From NCBI GenBank assembly GCA_041483895.1, contig JBGPGO010000005.1, positions 1 to 64,000 on the forward strand: 64,000 nt of DNA, read 5' to 3'. Made by a program: the position numbers and the translations under genes. The first letter of the stretch is position 1; the number at the start of each line of letters is the position of its first letter. Under the pieces are notes generated by a model. It was given only the letters and a program-made list of their open reading frames with translations. It ran no database searches and was not told where the DNA came from. Shown piece after piece: positions 41,225 to 49,923 of this stretch. The stretch comes from Fimbriimonadia bacterium. GTDB lineage: Bacteria; Armatimonadota; Fimbriimonadia; Fimbriimonadales; JABRVX01.

Positions 41225-41571
41225 AGGCACGACTGGTTCAGGTCGAATCGATGTTGGTGGAGAAGATATCTGGCATCCTTCGCCGAGAGGTGACGGATCC
41301 GCGTGTCGGTTTCGCCACGGTGACTCGGGTGCGCGTGTCGCCGGACCTCAACGAGGCATATGTGGACGTGAGCGTTTTGGGAAGCCCGGAGGAGCAGGCT
41401 CTGACCATCGAGGCGCTTCAAAAGGGCGCGGGGTTTATTCAGCATCATCTGGGCAAACAGATTCATTTGCGGCGAACGCCCCATCTGCATTTCGCCCTCG
41501 ACCACACGCCGGAGGAAGCGATACGGCTGACGCACATCATCGATGAAGCGCCGAAGGGCACAGGCGAGTGA
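41221..41571 (+). CDS. rbfA: ribosome-binding factor A
   Basis: DPRVGFATVTRVRVSPDL, LRRTPHLHF. Confidence 0.92.
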   Translation: MKARLVQVESMLVEKISGILRREVTDPRVGFATVTRVRVSPDLNEAYVDVSVLGSPEEQALTIEALQKGAGFIQHHLGKQIHLRRTPHLHFALDHTPEEAIRLTHIIDEAPKGTGE

Positions 41572-42536
41572 AGCCGGTCGAGCAGGCAGCCGAGACACTG
41601 CGTCGGGCAAACAAGATACTGATCGGCGCGCACGTCAATCCGGACGGCGATGCGCTGGGGAGCGCGTTGGCGCTGACCTGGGCGCTGCGGGCGGCCGGCA
41701 AAACGGTCGAGCCGCTCTGCCAGGACCCGGTGCCGGACAACCTGCATTTTCTTCCCGGTTCGGATTGGTTGCGCGAATCGCCCACATTCACCGACTGCGA
41801 TTTGGGGGTGCTGGTGGACCTGGAAGGCCTATCCCGACTTGGGCGCTTGGCTCAGATATTCGAACAGGCTCCTCACCTAATGACGATCGATCATCATATT
41901 CCAGACCAGGCGGTCGGCGACGTTCGCTTTATCGATCCCGAGGCGGCATCCACTTCGGAGCTGATCTATGCCGTGCTCCGCGAATTTGGAGCGACCATAG
42001 ACAAGAATGTCGCGACCTGCTTGCTGACTGGGTTGGTCACCGACACCGGCGGATTCAAGTTTCCCAACACCAAGCCGCGTCATTTGGTGCTTGCGGGCCG
42101 GCTGATGCGCGCAGGGGCAAACCTGACAACGATCTTTGAAGAGGCGTATGAAAAGCGCAGCTTCGGGGCGCAGCAGCTACTGGGCCGTGCCTTATCGGGA
42201 TTGCAGCGATCGAAGGACGGTCATGTTGTTTGGGCGGTGATCCGGCACGCCGATTTCCGCGACACGGGATCGGCGGATGAGGACACTGACGGGATCGTCA
42301 ATCATGTACGCGCTGTGGAATCGAGCGAGGTGGGAGTTCTCTTTCGCGAAACCATGCCGGGACGGGTCCGAGTCAGCCTGCGGGGCCGGGGCCGCGTCAA
42401 TGTCGCGTCGATTGCGAAGGCGTTCGGTGGCGGCGGACACGCGAACGCGGCTGGCTGCTCTTTTACAATGGATGTGGACGAGGCGGTGCGGCAAACGCTG
42501 GCGGAGGTCGAAAAATGGACGGCTTCCTTATCGTAA
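41568..42536 (+). CDS. nrnA: DHH/DHHA1 bifunctional oligoribonuclease/PAP phosphatase
   Basis: HVNPDGDALGS, IDHH, TDTGGF, GGGGHANAAG. Confidence 0.88.
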   Translation: MKPVEQAAETLRRANKILIGAHVNPDGDALGSALALTWALRAAGKTVEPLCQDPVPDNLHFLPGSDWLRESPTFTDCDLGVLVDLEGLSRLGRLAQIFEQAPHLMTIDHHIPDQAVGDVRFIDPEAASTSELIYAVLREFGATIDKNVATCLLTGLVTDTGGFKFPNTKPRHLVLAGRLMRAGANLTTIFEEAYEKRSFGAQQLLGRALSGLQRSKDGHVVWAVIRHADFRDTGSADEDTDGIVNHVRAVESSEVGVLFRETMPGRVRVSLRGRGRVNVASIAKAFGGGGHANAAGCSFTMDVDEAVRQTLAEVEKWTASLS

Positions 42537-43372
42537 ATAAACCCGTCGGTCCCACATCCCACGACGTGGTCAGCCGGGTCCGGAAGGTGTTCAACATCAA
42601 GAAGGTCGGCCATGCCGGGACGCTGGACCCGCTCGCATCCGGGGTTCTTGTCATGGCGATCGGGCGCGCAACGCGGCTGCTCAGCTATGTCCCCCTGGAG
42701 CCGAAGGGCTACCGATTCACGCTCTGCCTGGGAGCGCAGACAACAACGCAGGACTTGGAGGGCGAGCTGATCCACGAAGTCGATGCCTCTGCCATATCGC
42801 GCGATGATGTTGCGGGCGTTTTGCCGCGATTCACGGGGGAGATTGAGCAGGTCCCGCCGATGCATTCGGCCGTGCATCACGAAGGGCGACGTCTCTATCA
42901 ACTGGCGCGGCAGGGGATTGAGGTGGAACGCCCGCCGCGTACGGTAACGATTCACCGGCTAGAGATTGTCGGCTTTTCCGCCGGCGTCCGGGCGCTTGTG
43001 GAGATTAACTGTGAATGCTCCGGCGGGACCTATATGCGAACGCTCTGCCATGATATCGGCGAGGCGCTTGGGGTGGGCGGATATATGCAGCAGCTTCATC
43101 GCACACAGTGCGGAGCGTTTTTCGATCGGGATGCGGTTTCGCTCAACGAACTTTCCGTCGATTTTCCGCTATTGCCGGCGCTCACCGTGTTGCGGCAATA
43201 TGACCGGTTCCGACCGGGCGAGACGGGGTTGGCGAAAGTGCTGCATGGCAACGAGGTGCGCCCAACAAAGCCGCCGGCGACACCTATCGTATGTATTATT
43301 GATGGCGAAGAGTTGGTCGCCCTCGCGCGCTGGGATCCTCCCTATCTGCGTCCGTTCTTGGTTCTCAATTAG
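42515..43372 (+). CDS. truB: tRNA pseudouridine(55) synthase
   Basis: KPVGPTSHDVV, GHAGTLDPLASG, CSGGTYMRTL. Confidence 0.95.
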   Translation: MDGFLIVNKPVGPTSHDVVSRVRKVFNIKKVGHAGTLDPLASGVLVMAIGRATRLLSYVPLEPKGYRFTLCLGAQTTTQDLEGELIHEVDASAISRDDVAGVLPRFTGEIEQVPPMHSAVHHEGRRLYQLARQGIEVERPPRTVTIHRLEIVGFSAGVRALVEINCECSGGTYMRTLCHDIGEALGVGGYMQQLHRTQCGAFFDRDAVSLNELSVDFPLLPALTVLRQYDRFRPGETGLAKVLHGNEVRPTKPPATPIVCIIDGEELVALARWDPPYLRPFLVLN

Positions 43373-43377
43373 AAATT

Positions 43378-43434
43378 GTGGCCGCGGGTCCGTCTGCCGA
43401 TGCCTTTCGATTGGCAATTCCTAAAGGCCTGCGG
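43378..43434. repeat. family C-like element
   Basis: GTGGCCGCGGG-TCCGTCTGCCGAT...AAAGG-CCTGCGG, 39-nt core; resembles the 15725 copy. Confidence 0.5.
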
Positions 43435-43440
43435 AGTGTG

Positions 43441-44871
43441 CTACTTCCCAACTTCCGCTGAGTCTTTCGCTTCCTGCAAGGTGGGGTCCAACTCCACGGC
43501 GATGATCTTGCCAATGCGCTCGGATGCCCCCACGTTTACAGCGATCATGTGTTGCGCATTCTCCCCGATCTCACGGCGGAGGTCCGGGTTTTGCAGCAGC
43601 TCAAGCAGCTCTTCTGCCACGGATTCCGCCGTGTCTAAGCGAAAGCCGACCCCTTCCCTTTCCGCCATCTCGGCGATGTCGCGAAAGTTGCTCATCGCGG
43701 GACCGTAGATTGTCGGCAGGCCGAGCGCCAGCGGCTGAAAGATGTTCTGCCCGCCGAAGCCACCGAAACCGCCGCCGACAATCGCAACGTCCCCCGCGCC
43801 ATAGGCCCGACCCAGCTCGCCGAAGGTGTCCAGGAGGAGGCAGTCCGAACCCTTCACAGTGCGACTGTGAAGGGATGCCTCTAGGATCCCCTCCCCCGCT
43901 TGCGGGGGAGGGTTAGGGTGGGGGTCTTCCGCAGCGGCTTGCGACTCGGTCAGGAGACCGGTCGCATCACATTTTTTGGGACCGGACGCATCGCTCGATC
44001 GTCTTCGTGGCGTGAAGCCGAAGCTGCGAATGGTCGCTTCCACTTCATCCGCGCGCTCGATGTGTCGAGGGGCGAGGATGAACGTTAGGTCGGGCAGTTT
44101 CTCGCGCACTTGGCGCAAAGCGGACAGGACCAGTTCCTCTTCTTCCGTGCTCCGCGTGCTGCCGACGACGACACACGGCACACCCGCGGAAATGCCGAAT
44201 TCCTGTCGCGCCTCGCCGGGAGAGAGCGTGGGACCGATGGCCTGATCGAACTTCGTATTGCCAACGTTAACAACGCGCAACGGATCAGCCCCAAGCGCAA
44301 TAATCCGTTCCGCGTCGATAGCGGACTGCATCAAACACCGGTGCACGTACCTCAGCATCGCGCGATAAAAAGATCGGAGCCGCATGGCTCGTGGAAAGCT
44401 CCGATCGGAAAGACGCCCATTAATCAGAAAGCACTTGGCCCCAACCACGTCCGCCGCCCACAGGAAGTTGAGCCACAGCTCCGTCTCCATCATCACCACG
44501 GCCTTCGGACGCACCGCCAGCATCGCGTTCAGCGTCCACCGCGCGACGTCCATCGGAAAGTAGATCAGATGATCGAAGAGCCCATCCGCCCCGTCGCGCG
44601 CGGCTTGCTGACCACTGCTGGTGGTGGTGCTCAAAACGATTTCGAATCCCGGCATCTTTTCGCGCAGCTTTTTCAGAACGGGCACAGCCGCATGCACCTC
44701 GCCGACCGATACCGCGTGCAGCCAGATCCGATCCGGTCCCGGGGCGAGCGGTACGCGACCCATCCGCTCGGCCCTCCGCACTTTTTCGCGACGCCGGCGC
44801 GAGCGGAACCAGGCCCAAGGCAGCCAGAACGGCGAGACAAGCGTGACCAGGATATTGTAAATCCAAAACAT
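43441..44871 (-). CDS. waaA: Kdo transferase with ~40 aa repeat-derived in-frame insertion
   Basis: IWLHAVSVGE, ETELW, NGRLS, GNTKFD, APRH, DTFGEL, GGQN. Confidence 0.92.
   Translation of the reverse strand: MFWIYNILVTLVSPFWLPWAWFRSRRRREKVRRAERMGRVPLAPGPDRIWLHAVSVGEVHAAVPVLKKLREKMPGFEIVLSTTTSSGQQAARDGADGLFDHLIYFPMDVARWTLNAMLAVRPKAVVMMETELWLNFLWAADVVGAKCFLINGRLSDRSFPRAMRLRSFYRAMLRYVHRCLMQSAIDAERIIALGADPLRVVNVGNTKFDQAIGPTLSPGEARQEFGISAGVPCVVVGSTRSTEEEELVLSALRQVREKLPDLTFILAPRHIERADEVEATIRSFGFTPRRRSSDASGPKKCDATGLLTESQAAAEDPHPNPPPQAGEGILEASLHSRTVKGSDCLLLDTFGELGRAYGAGDVAIVGGGFGGFGGQNIFQPLALGLPTIYGPAMSNFRDIAEMAEREGVGFRLDTAESVAEELLELLQNPDLRREIGENAQHMIAVNVGASERIGKIIAVELDPTLQEAKDSAEVGK
43850..43968. 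repeat. intragenic mosaic: 11-bp hairpin, family E and family A
   Basis: CCCTTCACAGT-gcg-ACTGTGAAGGG (43850-43874), CCCTCCCCCGCTTGCGGGGGAGGGTTAGGGTGGGGG (43888-43924), A at 43940-43968. Confidence 0.88.
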
Positions 44872-45533
44872 CAGGAGACCAGCTCTTCAGCCCGCGCTTC
44901 CAAACGGTCGATCTCTTTGGCCAGGCATTCGGCGAGCGCGGCTTCCCTTTCGGCGCACATGTCGGCCTGGACGATGACGGGCTTGCCAAAGACAATGGCG
45001 GCGCGGGCGAACGGCGCGGGGATCAGATAGCTGTCCCATGTCGGGATCAGTTTGCGCGGGCGGGCGCTGATGCCGACGGGGATGATTGGGCGGCCCGATT
45101 TCTTCGCGATCAGCAGGGCGCCTTCGCCGAACTTCTTGGTGGGCCCGCGCGGTCCGTCGGGGGTTACGGTCAAGATGCCCCCTTCCCCCACGCGCTTGGC
45201 GGCTTCCAGCGCCGCACGAATTCCGCCGCGCCCGGTGGAGCCCCGGATGATCTGGAAGCCAAATCTGCGGAAGATGCGGTTTTGGATTTCGCCGTCGCGC
45301 GAGAGGGAGATGATGGCCCATAAGCCCTGCTTGGCGAAGTAGTTGGCGGGAACGAACGACCGGCCGTGCCAGGACACCAGCACCGCGCCGCCATCCTTGG
45401 TGGCCTCATCGAGGTTCTCCTTCCCTTCGATTCGGTAGTGGAGGGTCTTGCCGACGAGCCGGGCGGCGGACCACACCAGCGCGCCCGCCACTCCCGGCCT
45501 CAACCCGTCCCACAGTTCACGGATCCTTCCCAT
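44871..45533 (-). CDS. DUF374 lysophospholipid acyltransferase-like protein
   Basis: WHGR, SRDGE, RGSTGRGG, TPDGPRGP, WDSYLIPAPF; coupled to waaA. Confidence 0.85.
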   Translation of the reverse strand: MGRIRELWDGLRPGVAGALVWSAARLVGKTLHYRIEGKENLDEATKDGGAVLVSWHGRSFVPANYFAKQGLWAIISLSRDGEIQNRIFRRFGFQIIRGSTGRGGIRAALEAAKRVGEGGILTVTPDGPRGPTKKFGEGALLIAKKSGRPIIPVGISARPRKLIPTWDSYLIPAPFARAAIVFGKPVIVQADMCAEREAALAECLAKEIDRLEARAEELVS

Positions 45534-45548
45534 TCGAGGGAATTCTAC

Positions 45549-46694
45549 CTACGGCGGGTTATCCGCGGGCCGGAGGAGTTGTTCCGGTTCCGTTTCTGTG
45601 TTTGACGCTGCCCGAAGAAGCAATGCTTCGTCCTCAGAGGAAGAGGCCCGGAGGAGAGTGGCGCGATCTTCGGCCCGGCGGCGATTCTCTTGCACGGCGG
45701 CCAGGGCGGCCTCGGCAGCGTCGATAACAGCGGATCCAGGTTCGGCCAGCAGCGCGATGGCCTCTACCGCTTTCTGCGTTGAGAGAAATGATGCGGCATG
45801 CAATGCGGCGATGACGAGCTTTTCATCTTTGTCCCGAAGCAATCGCAGCAGGTTTGCCTGCTGATGCTCGTCCAAGACAGCGATATTCTCCTCTCCGGCG
45901 ACGGTAAGGATGTTGGGGAGGATTTGGATTGCCGTGGTTCGCGTCACGTTGTCCCCGGACGCCAACAACAGTGGACCAAGTGCCTTCGGATTATTGAAGA
46001 GAGCGATCGCACCTAAATGCTTTCGCCGGTCGCCACGCACAAGTACGGTAACGATCCAACCGCCACCGAACATGGCCAAGAACTGCACGCTGGTTCTGAA
46101 GATAGTCCATACCTCCGGTTCGAGCTTCCTTAGGTTTCCCGACAGCCGCCACCAGACCATCAAGAATAGGGCCATCCACATCAGGAAAATGAACCCTACT
46201 CTGGCTCTCTTCGCTAAACGTGCGGCGTTTTCAAGTCTTACGGTAGCACTCAGCAAGACGGCAAAGGCTTCCGGCGTGCCCACTTTAGCCAAGGTAGCCG
46301 CAGCGATCGCTTGCGCCTTCCGATCGCGGCCATTAAGAAGTCGCTGCAGTAACGGAATTGCTTCTTCTCCCATGGCCTCGAGCGCCATCCGCTCCCCACC
46401 ATCGCTGCTCCTTTTATCCGCCTCCAATCTGGCCATCAGAGCTTTCAAGTCCTCCTTTTCTTTGCGCTCTAACTCTTTGGCGTCAGTCACCAGGCGACGT
46501 CGATATATGCGGTGCTTGCAGTGGACGCATATCCAGGCGGGCAGTCCGATGGGTCGGTAATAGAAGACGGTCGAACTCTTCCAACCGCAGTTCGGGCATG
46601 CACGCTCCCAAGAGTCGTCCTCGGGCTCGGCCTCCTCTGAATCCAGTGGTGGTGTGTAGAATGGATCGTCTTGCCGTTTCCCATCCAAATCCAT
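45549..46694 (-). CDS. Zn-ribbon / HEAT / 2-TM protein with C-terminal LLR repeats
   Basis: CPNC..CVHC, HEAT-like repeats, ATLLRA..LLLRAA..QLLRPA. Confidence 0.6.
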   Translation of the reverse strand: MDLDGKRQDDPFYTPPLDSEEAEPEDDSWERACPNCGWKSSTVFYYRPIGLPAWICVHCKHRIYRRRLVTDAKELERKEKEDLKALMARLEADKRSSDGGERMALEAMGEEAIPLLQRLLNGRDRKAQAIAAATLAKVGTPEAFAVLLSATVRLENAARLAKRARVGFIFLMWMALFLMVWWRLSGNLRKLEPEVWTIFRTSVQFLAMFGGGWIVTVLVRGDRRKHLGAIALFNNPKALGPLLLASGDNVTRTTAIQILPNILTVAGEENIAVLDEHQQANLLRLLRDKDEKLVIAALHAASFLSTQKAVEAIALLAEPGSAVIDAAEAALAAVQENRRRAEDRATLLRASSSEDEALLLRAASNTETEPEQLLRPADNPP

Positions 46695-46739
46695 ATCTCA
46701 ATTGTACAGCAGATTGCATCTCGCGGGTAGAGTTGGGGG

Positions 46740-48170
46740 GTGGAGTTTGGGATTTATGTTCACACGCCGTTCTGCCCCAGCAAGTGCGGGTACTGCGACT
46801 TCAACTCGTACGCCATGTCGGGGGAGATCATGGAGCGGTTCACCGAGGCGGTGATCCGGGAGATCCGGTCGTCGCCCTTTGCCGGGCGGCGGGCGGACAC
46901 CATCTTCTTCGGCGGCGGAACGCCGACGTTCTTGCCGCACGGGCACTTGGAGGCGATCCTCCTGGCGATCACTGATACCTTTCCCTTAACCCGCAACGCT
47001 GTCATTCCGAAGCGAAGCGAGGAATCCCTTTCTTCGGCGTTGGGATGCGGAGAGAGGGATTCCTCTGTCGCTTCGCTCCTTCGGAATGACACCAAAGAAA
47101 ACCCCCACCCCTTCGACAAGCTCAGGGCAGGCTCTAACCCTCCCCCTTACTCGTTCCTCGCAAGGGGGAGGGGACCAGACGATGCTGAAAACCGCTCCGA
47201 TGCGACCGGTCTCCTGACCGAGTCGCAAGTGTCCGCCGAGTCTCCTGACCGAAATCCGGAAAACCCCCACCCTAACCCTCCCCCTTACTCGTTCCTCACA
47301 AGGGGGAGGGGACTTGGGATCGAAGTCACCTCCGAGGCGAATCCGGGGACGGCGGATGCGGGGAAGTTTGCGGCCATGCGGCGGGCGGGGTTCAACCGCA
47401 TCTCTATCGGGGCGCAGAGTTTCGACGATGACGAATTGCACAGATTGGAGCGGGTGCACAAGGCCGACGAGATCGGTCGCGCGGGGCTGCTGGCGCGGGA
47501 GGCTGGGTTCGAGAACCTGAACCTAGACCTGATGTTCGCGCTACCGCTGCAGACGATGGAGCGTTGGCGGGAAAACCTGGAGCGCGCCATCGCGTTGGCG
47601 CCGGAGCATCTATCGCTCTACTGCCTCACCATCGAGCCGGGGACCAAATTTCACACACTGCGCCAAAAGGGCGAGCTGCCGCTGCCGGACGACGACGCCA
47701 CGATGGAGATGCTGTTGCTGGCGAAAGAGGTGGCGGAGGCGGCGGGGTACCGGCAATACGAGATTTCCAACTTCGCCAAGCCGGGATACGAGTGCCGGCA
47801 CAACCTGATCTATTGGCGAAACGAGGAATATTTGGGTTTCGGGCCGGGGGCGGTGTCGTTTGTTAGTGGCGAGCGGAGGATGAACACACGCCATCCGCGC
47901 AAGTACATTCAGTCCGGCGGAGTGTGTGAATCCGAGCGCGTTTCGGCGGAGGTTTCGTTTGGGGAGACGATGATGTTGGGGCTGCGGCTTAACGACGGGA
48001 TTGAACTGGCACGATTGGAGGCCCGGCATCCGGAGATGTTTGCGCAATTTCGTGCGGTGGCTGCCGAGTTGGTGGAGATGGGGTGGTTGAATTTGGATTG
48101 CTCGCGGATTTGGCTGACGGACGAGGGGCGGCTGTTTCATAATGAGGTAGCGATGCGGTTTTTGCCGTAA
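46740..48170 (+). CDS. hemW: radical SAM heme chaperone with ~110 aa repeat-derived in-frame insertion
   Basis: YVHTPFCPSKCGYCDF, FGGGTP, EANPG, RISIGAQSF, YEISNF, HNLIYW. Confidence 0.92.
   Translation: MEFGIYVHTPFCPSKCGYCDFNSYAMSGEIMERFTEAVIREIRSSPFAGRRADTIFFGGGTPTFLPHGHLEAILLAITDTFPLTRNAVIPKRSEESLSSALGCGERDSSVASLLRNDTKENPHPFDKLRAGSNPPPYSFLARGRGPDDAENRSDATGLLTESQVSAESPDRNPENPHPNPPPYSFLTRGRGLGIEVTSEANPGTADAGKFAAMRRAGFNRISIGAQSFDDDELHRLERVHKADEIGRAGLLAREAGFENLNLDLMFALPLQTMERWRENLERAIALAPEHLSLYCLTIEPGTKFHTLRQKGELPLPDDDATMEMLLLAKEVAEAAGYRQYEISNFAKPGYECRHNLIYWRNEEYLGFGPGAVSFVSGERRMNTRHPRKYIQSGGVCESERVSAEVSFGETMMLGLRLNDGIELARLEARHPEMFAQFRAVAAELVEMGWLNLDCSRIWLTDEGRLFHNEVAMRFLP
46999..47311. repeat. 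intragenic mosaic of families B (pair), E with nested F, A, E
   Basis: B 47000-47028 and 47056-47091; E 47101-47173 with F at 47111-47134; A 47199-47227; E 47263-47311. Confidence 0.9.
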
Positions 48171-48303
48171 CGTGCCGGGGTCTAGGTGGTCGGCGCTCAT
48201 TCACATCGCGGTAGTAGTGAACCCCGGCACATCAAACCCCCACCCAACCCTCCCCCTTTTTCCGGATGAGGAAGGTCAATTGTTCCGGAAAAAGGGGGAG
48301 GGC
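48171..48303. repeat. family C element followed by family E element
   Basis: CGTGCCGGGG-41nt-CCCCGGCACATC (48171-48233); CCCCCACCCAACCCTCCCCCTTTTTCCGGA...TCCGGAAAAAGGGGGAGGG. Confidence 0.8.
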
Positions 48304-48326
48304 TCATTCCGGTCTACAATAGCCTT

Positions 48327-49697
48327 GTGCCAGAACTACACCACACAATTATCGAACCGTTCAAGATCAAGGTCGTGGAGCCGATACGGTTCACCACGCG
48401 TGAGGAGCGGGAAAGGCTGCTAAAGGCGGCGCACTACAACCCGTTCCTGCTGCACGCTGAGGACGTGATGTTCGATCTATTGACCGACAGCGGCACATCG
48501 GCTATGTCCGCGGCGCAGTGGGGCGCGATGATGGTGGCGGACGAGAGCTATGCCGGCAGCCGCAGCTACTACAAGTTCGAAACGGTCGTCAAAGAATTGA
48601 CGGGCTTCAAACACGTAATCCCCGTCCACCAAGGGCGGGCGGCGGAGCGCATCTTATTCGGACTGGTTGGCGGACCCGGCTTGACCATCCCCAATAATAA
48701 TCACTTCGACACCACCCGCGCCAACGTGGAGCATTCCGGCGCAACCGCCCTAGATCTGGTCATCCCTGAAGGCAAGGACCCGGCGAACACACATCCATTC
48801 AAGGGCAACATCGACCTGAACAAGCTGGAGGATCTGCTGAAGAGCGCCAAGGTGCCGCTCGGGATGCTCACCGTCACCAACAACACCGGCGGCGGACAAC
48901 CGGTTTCGATGGAGAACATCCGTCAAACGAGCCTACTACTTCGAAAACACGGCATCCCGTTCTTCCTGGATGCCTGCCGGTTTGCGGAAAATTCCTACTT
49001 CATCAAGAGCCGCGAGGCCGGTTATGCGGACAAGACCCCGCACGATATCGCGCAGGAGATGTTCTCCCATTGCGACGGCGCGACGATGAGCTGCAAGAAA
49101 GACGCGCTTTGCAACATCGGCGGGTTTTTGGCATGCAACAGCGACGAGTTGGCCGAAAAGGCGCGCAACGACCTGATTCTGACAGAGGGCTTCCCGACTT
49201 ACGGAGGCCTGGCAGCGCGGGACCTGGAGGCGATGGCGATCGGTCTCAAGGAGGTCTTGGATGAACGGTATCTTGAATATCGCATCGCGAGCACCCGGTA
49301 TTTCACGAAGAAGCTCAACGACGAGGGCATTCAGACCGTCCAGCCACCCGGCGGGCATGCCGTCTATATCGATGCGCGGGCGGCCCTGCCCCATATACCT
49401 ATCGAGCAATACCCCGGCCAAGCGCTCGTCTGCAGTCTTTACTTGGCCGGCGGCATCCGGTCAGTGGAGATCGGGAGCGTGATGTTTGGGCGTTCATCTG
49501 ACGGGAAGGAATCGTTTTCAGACATGGATTTGGTCCGCCTCGCGATACCGCGCCGCGTGTACACAGAGAGCCACGTGAAATATATGGCGGAGATGATTGT
49601 AGCGGCTGTGCGTGGTGGCGATGCCTTGCATGGCTTACGATTCACATATCAAGCGCCGGTTTTACGCCATTTTACCGCTCGCTTCGCGCCTGTTTAA
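48327..49697 (+). CDS. tnaA: tryptophanase (tyrosine phenol-lyase not excluded)
   Basis: EPFKIK, DLLTDSGT, HQGRAAE, DACRFAEN, MSCKKD, EGFPTYGG, RLAIPRRVY, LRHFTA. Confidence 0.78.
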   Translation: MPELHHTIIEPFKIKVVEPIRFTTREERERLLKAAHYNPFLLHAEDVMFDLLTDSGTSAMSAAQWGAMMVADESYAGSRSYYKFETVVKELTGFKHVIPVHQGRAAERILFGLVGGPGLTIPNNNHFDTTRANVEHSGATALDLVIPEGKDPANTHPFKGNIDLNKLEDLLKSAKVPLGMLTVTNNTGGGQPVSMENIRQTSLLLRKHGIPFFLDACRFAENSYFIKSREAGYADKTPHDIAQEMFSHCDGATMSCKKDALCNIGGFLACNSDELAEKARNDLILTEGFPTYGGLAARDLEAMAIGLKEVLDERYLEYRIASTRYFTKKLNDEGIQTVQPPGGHAVYIDARAALPHIPIEQYPGQALVCSLYLAGGIRSVEIGSVMFGRSSDGKESFSDMDLVRLAIPRRVYTESHVKYMAEMIVAAVRGGDALHGLRFTYQAPVLRHFTARFAPV

Positions 49698-49923
49698 CGT
49701 GGTTACCATCCTTATCCGGTATTTTTCGCGGCTTGCGGGAAAATACGCCTAAGGGAACCTAATTTGCCGTATACTTGTTGGAGTGATTTGGTGGGAATCT
49801 GGTGAGCGGGGGGCTTCTGCTAGCAGTTCTGCCAGGGTACCGGGCAAGTTCGTACCGGCGGTCGAGTCGAATTCGGGAATGTTTTTTTGCTCCTTGTCTG
49901 TTGAGCGAATCAGGAGGTTAGTA

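Noticed and set aside
46990..47318. Intein or self-splicing intron in hemW (also era, mqnA, waaA)
   Set aside because: No C/S...HN intein termini or group I/II motifs; the inserts are largely accounted for by short repeats.
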